NCBI RefSeq assembly: GCF_001598795.1
Contig: NZ_BCZP01000007.1
Location: 90,001 to 122,000 of the forward strand
Direction of reading: 5' to 3'
Length of the DNA: 32,000 bases
Source: Delftia acidovorans NBRC 14950
GTDB lineage: Bacteria > Pseudomonadota > Gammaproteobacteria > Burkholderiales > Burkholderiaceae_C
Both the position numbers and the translations under genes were made by a program. This document shows positions 18,995 to 26,328 of the stretch, piece after piece. Under the pieces are notes generated by a model. That model was not told where the DNA came from. It made no database searches and saw nothing but the letters and a program-made list of their open reading frames with translations. The stretch's first letter is position 1, and each line of letters begins with the position of its first letter.

Positions 18995-19725
18995 TTATTT
19001 ATGGATTGATTTTTCAAGCGCTCCTCCGGTTAGCGTTGCGGTTACCTTCATGCCACTTTTATATGCTTCACGCATAGCTTCAATAGCTTCTTTTTCGGAT
19101 TCCTCCGCTTGACCATTCATTACCTCAAGATCTTGAGCGGATTTAGGACAATTGGGAGGTGTTGGCACAGCAATACATTTGTATAAATCGACTTTTGCCT
19201 GATTGGCTCTTTCCGTCTTTTGATGTGCATCTGCCACATCTTTCCCAAAATTTGCAGATTTCCTTGCTTTATTAGCTGTACTTGCAGCGGCACCAACACC
19301 TCCTTATCCTTGCAACCCCAGTGAATCTATCCACGAGGGCGGATCTGCTGGGTAGTCATAGTGACTAGTGCCTCCATTCCATCCAATCGAATCCTGATTC
19401 ACATAACTCCCCACCACCGGATCGTAATACCGATGACGGTTGTAATACAGCCCCATTTCCCTGTCATGGTGCTCCCCGGCAGCCGGATCGCCTGGTGGAT
19501 GCCCTGCGGGTTGTATTCCTGCAGCACATTGCCCGAGGGAACCAGCTTTGCAGCCCAGGCCACTTGGCCGGTCTGGTCCGTCAGGGCAATTGGTATGTCC
19601 AGATGGTCGCAGTGGTAGTGGAAGATGGTGATGTGGGCGTGCTGTTCTCTTTCCTGTTTTTGCAGTTTAGGCCTGCATGCCGCTGAGCAGGCCTGTGGTG
19701 CTGTCGGCGGCCTCATTGGCTCGGT
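18995..19725 (-). pseudogene. orphan rhs C-terminal fragment B (core 3' end plus ~100-aa toxin tail), disrupted
   Basis: Minus-strand translation matches the main Rhs core end (ADSTT..LL.GMQA / KLQKQEREQHAHITIFHYHCDHL...ALTDQTGQVAWAAKL...NVLQEYNPQGIHQAIRLPG / HHDREMGLYYNRHRYYDPVVGSYVNQD). It is broken by a 1-nt insertion near 19667-19671, a 1-nt deletion near 19474 and an in-frame TAA at 19304-19306. The junction motif is degenerate (PPSWIDSLGL). Confidence 0.8.
19375..19725 (-). repeat. rhs core 3'-end repeat, copy 3 (orphan B, most diverged)
   Basis: Aligns to the same core segment with scattered substitutions and two single-base indels. Confidence 0.85.
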
Positions 19726-20071
19726 ACCTGGAGAGGGCTTTGTGCGTCTGCGATGGAGTTGGGTTACTGTTCCATCCTGACCATACCCACCCGCGCAACT
19801 TCGCTGTTTCGGACATATCCTCAGCCTATGGAAGCTCTGTATAAATCAAACTTCCGAAAAGCAGGCTGTTAAAAATCAATGACTTTCAATGTCTACAAAA
19901 TAGAAATCGTGCTTTGTGCAGAGGTTCCCTAAGTAAATACCCAGCCTAGCCCCAAAGCACAGTCAATTAATTAGAATAAATACCCTACTTGCGTTAATAG
20001 CAATAAATACACCGAATTCAAAGATATAGATAATCCGCAACAAACCAATCAATGATCTCCTAGCAAGAATT

Positions 20072-20650
20072 CTATTGATAATCAATTTCTACTAAGCAGA
20101 TGTAAGATTGCGATTTATATGGAGTTCTCATGGTCATCCTTGCATGTGTAGGCTTACTTGAGAAAATAGCATTTCTCCCATCAATATCCCTGGAATAGAG
20201 AATTATTTCATCTTTGTTTAAAAGCATATGAATTTGAACATTTTCCAAATTCCTCGATATTTTCTGCCCAATCTTTTTATCAGGGCTATTTATATAAATC
20301 GTTCCACTATTTTTTATTTCTTCCAACAAAACCGATAGCGAATTTTCTTGCCTCCCCTTTGATTCATACTCATTTCTATGTCCGACACCAAATGCATATT
20401 TTACAGGAAGAAAATTACCATTCTTTATTAACCCAGGTTCAACCATCCAAGAATAGTTGATTTCATTTTTTTCATTACTTCTATCATTAATAATCCATAT
20501 TTTTTGATCTTTATCAATGATTTGAAAACTGGCTACAAATTTCTTTGAATCTACGCCAACCAAACATTCTGGCTCTCGATTTTCAATATCTTTGGCGTAC
20601 GATGAAGAAAAATTCAAACAAATAGCAAATACATAAAATAAATATTTCAT
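20072..20650 (-). CDS. secreted (Sec signal) protein, candidate immunity protein of orphan cassette A
   Basis: MKYLFYVFAICLNFSSSYA-KD... is a classical signal peptide. 192 aa, very AT-rich. ATGA overlap with the stop of the orphan toxin ORF (20647-20650). Confidence 0.7.
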   Translation of the reverse strand: MKYLFYVFAICLNFSSSYAKDIENREPECLVGVDSKKFVASFQIIDKDQKIWIINDRSNEKNEINYSWMVEPGLIKNGNFLPVKYAFGVGHRNEYESKGRQENSLSVLLEEIKNSGTIYINSPDKKIGQKISRNLENVQIHMLLNKDEIILYSRDIDGRNAIFSSKPTHARMTMRTPYKSQSYICLVEIDYQ

Positions 20651-21087
20651 CGTCGAGTGCCTCTTGTTCTAGTCCTGATTTTTTGCATCATTTCCAATAT
20701 ATCGTCCGTATCTGCTGTAGGAGCGGTGCCTGGCCCGGTGGGGTCGCTCTTCAGTCGGGATTTATTGCATTTTTCGCCAACTGGCAAAGGCATTGATTTA
20801 GGAGTGGAAGGAATACTATCGTGGCTTCTTGTCAGTGGATTTGAGGGATAGGTGAAGAAATTTACCCCACCCATCAACCCGATCGGATCCTGATTCACAT
20901 AAATCCCCACCACCGGATCGTAATACCGATGCCGGTTGTAATACAGCCCCGTTTCCCTGTCATGGTGCTGCCCCGGCAGCCGGATCGCCTGGTGCAGGCC
21001 CTGCGGGTTGTACTCCTGCAGCACATTGCCCCAGGGGTCCAGCTTTACGGCCCAGGCCACCTGGCCGGTCTGGTCCGTCAGGGCCAT
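20647..21087 (-). CDS. orphan rhs C-terminal fragment A (core 3' end plus ~65-aa tail); open only from an internal Met
   Basis: MALTDQTGQVAWAVKLDPWGNVLQEYNPQGLHQAIRLPGQHHDRETGLYYNRHRYYDPVVGIYVNQDPIGLMGG is near-identical to the main Rhs core end. Homology continues upstream to about 21250 in another frame (SAQAILGEQAEGATRLLSGMQAKLQEQERQQRIAI) because of a 2-nt deletion near 21117. An ATG at 21277 abuts the stop of the upstream immunity gene. Confidence 0.7.
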   Translation of the reverse strand: MALTDQTGQVAWAVKLDPWGNVLQEYNPQGLHQAIRLPGQHHDRETGLYYNRHRYYDPVVGIYVNQDPIGLMGGVNFFTYPSNPLTRSHDSIPSTPKSMPLPVGEKCNKSRLKSDPTGPGTAPTADTDDILEMMQKIRTRTRGTRR

Positions 21088-21250
21088 TGGCGTGCCCAGT
21101 GGGTCGCAGTGGTAGTGGGATGGCGATGCGCTGTTGCCGCTCCTGTTCCTGCAGTTTTGCCTGCATGCCGCTCAGTAGGCGTGTGGCCCCCTCGGCCTGT
21201 TCGCCTAGGATCGCCTGGGCGCTGGGCTGCAGGCTGTGCGCATGGCGCTC
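20866..21250 (-). repeat. rhs core 3'-end repeat, copy 2 (orphan A)
   Basis: Direct visual alignment to 22213-22600. Long identical runs such as ccggatcgtaataccgatgccggttgtaatacagccccgtttccctgtcatggtgctgccccggcagccggatcgcctggtgcaggccctgcgggttgtactcctgcagcacattgccccaggggtccagctt. Confidence 0.9.
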
Positions 21251-21277
21251 AGCATAAAATCGCCCCATCTGGCACAT

Positions 21278-21652
21278 TCAAATTGGTTTATTTTTTATTT
21301 CAAATATGACAAAAATCATAGACGAAATGATGCCAGCAAAAAAACCAAATATCAGATAATAAAAATCGAGAAGATCAATTGCCAAGGATAAATTGAAAAA
21401 TAATTTCTTAATTGTGATGACTGCAAGTGCTCCAATAGTTGCAGAGATACAGAAATAGAAAAATATGCCGTATTTGTTTTTTAAATGCCCAAGAAATAAT
21501 TGAAACAAAAAATTAAGAGGCAGCGAAATTAGAAAAACGAATAAGAAAAAATAAACATAAAGCGATTTATAATCTTTATCCGTCATTAACCCCGTAAAGA
21601 GAAATCCAATAATTACAGATGAAACGATGCTTGGCTGTATTAACTTAATCAT
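21278..21652 (-). CDS. small 4-TM integral membrane protein, cognate immunity candidate for the main Rhs toxin
   Basis: 124 aa with four hydrophobic helices (SIVSSVIIGFLFTGL, LYVYFFLFVFLISLPLNFLF, IFFYFCISATIGALAVITI, FYYLIFGFFAGIISSMIFVIF). ATGA overlap with the rhs stop (21649-21652). Extremely AT-rich. Confidence 0.75.
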   Translation of the reverse strand: MIKLIQPSIVSSVIIGFLFTGLMTDKDYKSLYVYFFLFVFLISLPLNFLFQLFLGHLKNKYGIFFYFCISATIGALAVITIKKLFFNLSLAIDLLDFYYLIFGFFAGIISSMIFVIFEIKNKPI

Positions 21653-24600
21653 TTGCAGCTTTCCGCATATTCGAAGACATTTTTATCAACTTGGCCCCAA
21701 AGTGTGTCTGCAAGTGCACTGTTTATTCCACCCATAGGACCAACACCTTCCCCGAACGTATGCACTGTCACCTCAGTTGCGCTTTCTGAGACCCAACGGC
21801 GTACTATTCCTGGGTAGAGTAGGTGCGAATTTTCCGTAACGTTAACGACCATTGTACGATCTGAATTAACTACATGGCTCACGGGGCCCACAGGAATTGC
21901 GAAACCGCGCTGGCCGTTTTGTATAGGCTCCCCTTTTGCACCTGGAGCTGGATAACGCATTAGTCCTTCGGATACGTTTTTAAGAGTGCAGCCACTTGTA
22001 CTCTTCTTGCAAGAATTCCTCGTGTTGTAACTGTGAAAGTCGTTGTTGCCTTCATCAAAAAGCATTACTCCGTTACTGTCTTCGCCTAGCAATCCGGGGT
22101 AGCTCTTTCTATTGTTGCTTAAATAGCCCCGTTGCGCCATTGTTCCTGGCTCAAGACCAAGCGGGTCGGCCAAATTAACCGGCGAATTTCTAACATATCC
22201 GTAGGGGTTAGTCCCACCCATCAAACCAATCGGATCCTGATTGATATAACTCCCAACCACCGGATCGTAATACCGATGCCGGTTGTAATACAGCCCCGTT
22301 TCCCTGTCATGGTGCTGCCCCGGCAGCCGGATCGCCTGGTGCAGGCCCTGCGGGTTGTACTCCTGCAGCACATTGCCCCAGGGGTCCAGCTTCGCGGCCC
22401 AGGCCACTTGGCCGGTCTGGTCCGTCAGCGCCATGGGCGTGCCCAGGTGGTCGCAGTGGTAGTGGTGGATGGCGATGCGGGCGTGCTGTTCTTTTTCCTG
22501 TTCCTGCAGCTTTGCCTGCATGCCGTTGAGTAGGCGTGTAGTGCTGTCTGCCTGTTCGCCCAGCATGGCCTGGGCACTGGGCGGCAGGCCATGGTCCAGG
22601 GTATGGCGCAGGTGGCGGGCGGCGTCTTGTTGCATGTCGCGCGGCATGGCGCTGAGCATGGTTTGCATGAGGGCCAGGGCCGGCGTGTGGTTGGGGTCGT
22701 CCTGGTCGGGCAAGCCTGCGGTGATGGCCTGCACCAGCAGGTGGGGCTCGCTTTGCGGGTCGCCGCTGGCCGTGGTGCTCAGGCGCACCAGGGGGGTGAA
22801 GCTGCCCGGTTCGTAGATGGTGTGCTCTATGTGGCGCGCGTCGTCGCCATGCTGCAGGCGTTCGGTGTGGATGAGGCGGTCGCCGTCCCAGCCGTAGTAG
22901 TGGGTGTGGGTGGATTCTGTGGAGTCCGCGCTTTCGACCTGCTGCTTGAGCCTGCGGCCCAGGGCGTCGTAGGTGTAGCGGCTGTGGTGGCGCAGTTGCT
23001 CGGCGTTGCCCTGGATCTGGCTGCTGCGCACCGCTATGAGCTGGTGGGCTCCGTCGTAGTGCAGTTGCTGCTGGCTGTGGTCTGCCTGCATTTGCGCGAT
23101 GCGGTTGCCGCAGGGGTCGTAGCGCCAGACGCAGTCTTCGGTGAAGCCGATGCGGTTGTCTTCCCAGCGCTGCACGGGGCCTTGCCGCTGGCCTGCAAGG
23201 TGGGCCAGGCCCATGAGGTTGAAGTCGGTGTGCCGCCAGTGGGCGTGGACCTGGGCGGCCCAGTTGTCCTGGGTGTTCGTCTGGCACGGTGCACCGGGTG
23301 CTGGCAGGCGGTTGCCTGCAGGGTCGATCTGCCAGCGGGTGGTGGTCTGGGGGTCCTGGCTGTCGGTGGCCGCTCTGAGGCGCCCGGCGCTGTCGTAGCC
23401 GTAGCGCAGCAGTTGTGCGGCCTGGCCCGGGGCGCCGGCCTGTTCGATGGCAACGAGCTGGCCCAGGCTGTCGCAGTGGTAGCGACGGCCGAGGATCTGG
23501 CCTATGAGGGGCTGGACCAGGTGGTCCCTGCCTTCCGTGCTTTGCAGGCCCGTGGTGCCAAGGGCCGTGAGGCGGCCCAGGCTGTCCCATTGGCGTTGCA
23601 CCTGCAGGGGGTTGTGTGCGTCTGCTGCAGAGGTGGGTGAGTGCAGGCTGCGGCGGACTTCGCGGTGCAGGTTGTCGCGCTCGAAGTCGATGAGGCTGGC
23701 TCCGTTGAGCTGCAGTCCGTGCACATGGCCTGAGCCGTAGGTGAGCCAGGCGATCTCCCCCAGGCCTTGCAGCTGGCTGTGCTGGCGTGCGCCCAGCGCG
23801 TCCAGGCTGTGGGCGATGCGGTGTTCGTATTCGATCTGCTCTGCGCCCCCGTTGCCGCCCCCGTCCTTGCCTGGGCGGTACAGCTGCTGCACTTCTGCGG
23901 TGATGCGGCCCAGGGCGTCGCGCTCCAGTGCTATGCGGCTTTGCAGTTGGATGGTGTTCTCTGCGGTGTTCTCGCCGGTGTGCTGCCATACGCTGGCCGC
24001 CGTGAGGCGCCCGGCGGCATCCCATTCGTAGCGGTGGGTTTGTGCGGGCGCATGGGGCGTGGCGGGCAGCTGGCGTTCGGCGAGGCGCCCGCCTTCGTCC
24101 CAGCGGTAGTGGCTGCTGCTTTGCTGTGCGGCGTTGCCGTCCGTGGCTTCGAGGAGCTGGCCTGCCGCGTCCCAGCGGTAGCGCTGCAGCCGTTGGTCAA
24201 ACCCTTCTTCCTGCACGAGCCGGTCCAGTGCGTCCCAGGCAAAGCGGCTTTGCGCTCCGTTCTCGTTGACGAGGCGCAGGAGGCGGCCGGCGCTGTCGTA
24301 TTCGAAGGCCAGGGTGAGGCCGCCATGTGTTCGCTGGACCAGCCTGCCCCAGAGGTCGTAACGCAGGTGGATGCTGGGGTCGGCGGTCTGGGTTTCGCTG
24401 GAGGTGCCGGCAGGCTGGGCCGGATCGATGCGCGTGAGGTGGCCTGCACTGTCGTAGTGGTAGCGCTCGATCTGGCCGTTGGGCAGTTCGCTGGCCACGA
24501 TGCGGCCCTGGCCATCGCGCTGGTGGCGTTGGCGCTGGCCCAGGGCGTTGTCCACTTCGATGAGCGCGCCCCAGCGGTCGTAGTGGTAGTGCGTGCTGTG

Positions 24601-26250
24601 GCCCGAGCAGTCGGTGTAGCTGAGCAGTTGGCCCGCGTCGCTCCAGGCCAGCTGTTTGCTGCCACCCTGGGCGTCTTCGATGCGCCGGGGGCTGTCGCAG
24701 GTGAGCGGCGCTTCCTGGGGGTCGGGGTAGTGGTAGCGCTCGGTGCTGCCATCGGCCTGGGTGATCTGGATGAGACGGCCCCAGGCGTCGTATTGGTAGC
24801 CGGTGGTGGCGCCTGCCGTGTCGGTCGCGCTGAGCAGGCGGCCGGTGGCTTCGTCGTGTTCCTGTTGGGTGCTGCGCCCGTCGGGCAGTTGCACGCCGAG
24901 GAGCCGGCCCTGGCCGTCGCGCCTGAGGTGGACGCTGCGCCCCAGCGGGTCGGTGCGCGAAGCCAGCCGGCCGAAGCTGTCGTAGGCCTGCAGCCAGCGG
25001 CTGCCATCGGCCTTGTGGTGGGCAACGAGGCGCGACAGGCCCGCCTCGCCTTCGAAGTAGTAGGTCTCGATGCGATCCAGGCTGTCGCTGACGCGGGTGG
25101 CGGCGCGCGGCTGGCCGTCGGGGTCCGGGGGCTGGGCGAGGTAGTCGAAGCGGTAGGACAGGCCTTCCTGGTTGCTGTGCTCGATGACGCGGGCACCGGG
25201 CTGGGCGCTCTCGTAGCGGTAGCGGTGCCAGGGGCCGCTGGCATGGCGGTGGGCGCTGATGCGGTGGTGGTCCCATTCGAATTCGCGCACGAGCTGGCCT
25301 GCGCGGTCGTGGACGGTGATGAGGTCGCCTGCGTTGCTGTAGCCGTAGCGCACGAGGGCGATGGGGGTGGACAGGGGATGCAACGGGTCCTGCACCAGAT
25401 CCACGCCTGTGACCCGCCAGCCGTCGTCGGTTCCCCACAAACCCAGCGCATCCCTGCCGCCATGGATGCGCTGGTGCAGCAGCCGGTAGCGGCGGCCTGT
25501 GCCGTCGCTCAGCGAGACCAGGCGCCCTGCGGGCACAGCCTCTTTGCTGGCACTGTGGCCGGCCTCGGGCGTGGTGCCGTCGCTGTAGTGGTAGAGCTGG
25601 CGGCGCCCGAAGCGGTCGATCTGGGCCATGAGGAGCCAGGGACCGTCGACAGGTCCACCGGGCGCAGGACCAAAGCCCCAGAGTGTGTCGCCATCGCCGC
25701 TGACCGCGAGGATGGCTTGCGGGTTGCGCACCAGCGCCTGCTCCACATGGCTCCAGCGTGGGTTCGCCGCCCAGGGGGCGGTACCGCCGTCCGGCTCCGT
25801 GCTGCCGCCGCGCAGCAGCCAGATGTCTTCGCTGGCACTGTGCAGCTGGCCGCCCGGCACCAGAGGCTGGTCGAAGGTGATGACGCGGCCGCTGGCATCC
25901 AGCAGCAAGGTGGCCTCTTCCTGCAGGCGGATGCTGAGCTCCTGCAGCAGGTGCCAGCCATGGCCCAGCAGGCCGCAGGCAGCGCCGTGCTCGGGGTTGA
26001 CGTAGCTGCTGTACTGGCGCTGCCAGGCCACAGGCAGCGCAGCCGATGGCAGGGCGAAGTCCAGGTCTTGTGCGCCCAACAGGACCTTGGCGCCCAGCTG
26101 GGGGTTGACGGGGGAACTGACGGTGATGCCACCTGGGCAGACGGAGCAGGCCAGGCCCCCCTGGCTGCCGATGAGCACGGTGAGCGAGCCGGTGACGATC
26201 TTGCCCTTGACGACGCTGTCGGTGATACGGGCTGCGGGTTGGCCACTCAT
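21649..26250 (-). CDS. rhs: T6SS PAAR-domain Rhs effector (1533 aa) with an unrecognised C-terminal toxin domain
   Basis: N-terminus MSGQPAARITDSV...LIGS is a PAAR motif. Dozens of YD repeats (YRYDLWGRL, FEYDSAGRL, YQYDAWGRL, YHYDRWGAL, YGYDSAGRL). Core end HHYHCDHLGTP...DPWGNV...LPGQHHDRETGLYYNRHRYYDPVVGSYINQDPIG, then the PxxxxDPxGL demarcation PVNLADPLGL (about 22153-22182). The 167-aa tail is at 21652-22152. AGGAG lies 10 nt upstream of the ATG. Confidence 0.95.
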   Translation of the reverse strand: MSGQPAARITDSVVKGKIVTGSLTVLIGSQGGLACSVCPGGITVSSPVNPQLGAKVLLGAQDLDFALPSAALPVAWQRQYSSYVNPEHGAACGLLGHGWHLLQELSIRLQEEATLLLDASGRVITFDQPLVPGGQLHSASEDIWLLRGGSTEPDGGTAPWAANPRWSHVEQALVRNPQAILAVSGDGDTLWGFGPAPGGPVDGPWLLMAQIDRFGRRQLYHYSDGTTPEAGHSASKEAVPAGRLVSLSDGTGRRYRLLHQRIHGGRDALGLWGTDDGWRVTGVDLVQDPLHPLSTPIALVRYGYSNAGDLITVHDRAGQLVREFEWDHHRISAHRHASGPWHRYRYESAQPGARVIEHSNQEGLSYRFDYLAQPPDPDGQPRAATRVSDSLDRIETYYFEGEAGLSRLVAHHKADGSRWLQAYDSFGRLASRTDPLGRSVHLRRDGQGRLLGVQLPDGRSTQQEHDEATGRLLSATDTAGATTGYQYDAWGRLIQITQADGSTERYHYPDPQEAPLTCDSPRRIEDAQGGSKQLAWSDAGQLLSYTDCSGHSTHYHYDRWGALIEVDNALGQRQRHQRDGQGRIVASELPNGQIERYHYDSAGHLTRIDPAQPAGTSSETQTADPSIHLRYDLWGRLVQRTHGGLTLAFEYDSAGRLLRLVNENGAQSRFAWDALDRLVQEEGFDQRLQRYRWDAAGQLLEATDGNAAQQSSSHYRWDEGGRLAERQLPATPHAPAQTHRYEWDAAGRLTAASVWQHTGENTAENTIQLQSRIALERDALGRITAEVQQLYRPGKDGGGNGGAEQIEYEHRIAHSLDALGARQHSQLQGLGEIAWLTYGSGHVHGLQLNGASLIDFERDNLHREVRRSLHSPTSAADAHNPLQVQRQWDSLGRLTALGTTGLQSTEGRDHLVQPLIGQILGRRYHCDSLGQLVAIEQAGAPGQAAQLLRYGYDSAGRLRAATDSQDPQTTTRWQIDPAGNRLPAPGAPCQTNTQDNWAAQVHAHWRHTDFNLMGLAHLAGQRQGPVQRWEDNRIGFTEDCVWRYDPCGNRIAQMQADHSQQQLHYDGAHQLIAVRSSQIQGNAEQLRHHSRYTYDALGRRLKQQVESADSTESTHTHYYGWDGDRLIHTERLQHGDDARHIEHTIYEPGSFTPLVRLSTTASGDPQSEPHLLVQAITAGLPDQDDPNHTPALALMQTMLSAMPRDMQQDAARHLRHTLDHGLPPSAQAMLGEQADSTTRLLNGMQAKLQEQEKEQHARIAIHHYHCDHLGTPMALTDQTGQVAWAAKLDPWGNVLQEYNPQGLHQAIRLPGQHHDRETGLYYNRHRYYDPVVGSYINQDPIGLMGGTNPYGYVRNSPVNLADPLGLEPGTMAQRGYLSNNRKSYPGLLGEDSNGVMLFDEGNNDFHSYNTRNSCKKSTSGCTLKNVSEGLMRYPAPGAKGEPIQNGQRGFAIPVGPVSHVVNSDRTMVVNVTENSHLLYPGIVRRWVSESATEVTVHTFGEGVGPMGGINSALADTLWGQVDKNVFEYAESCK
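22213..22600 (-). repeat. rhs core 3'-end repeat, copy 1 (within the main rhs gene)
   Basis: About 390 bp encoding PSAQAMLGEQADSTTRLLNGMQAKLQEQ...YYDPVVGSYINQDPIGLMGG. It is repeated with high identity at 20866-21250 and, more diverged, at about 19375-19725. Confidence 0.9.
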
Positions 26251-26328
26251 GCGAGGCTGCTCCTGGAGAGGTGAGAGAGAACGGGACGGCGGATGCGGGG
26301 AATGCAGGGGCTGCAGGACATGCGGGCC

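Noticed and set aside
19361-21309. Plus-strand ORFs 19361..19618, 19495..19686 and 20929..21309, and minus-strand ORF 19399..19716
   Set aside because: These are frames across the repeated rhs core segments. The plus-strand ones are antisense. The minus-strand 105-aa ORF is just the frameshift-bounded middle piece of orphan pseudogene B.
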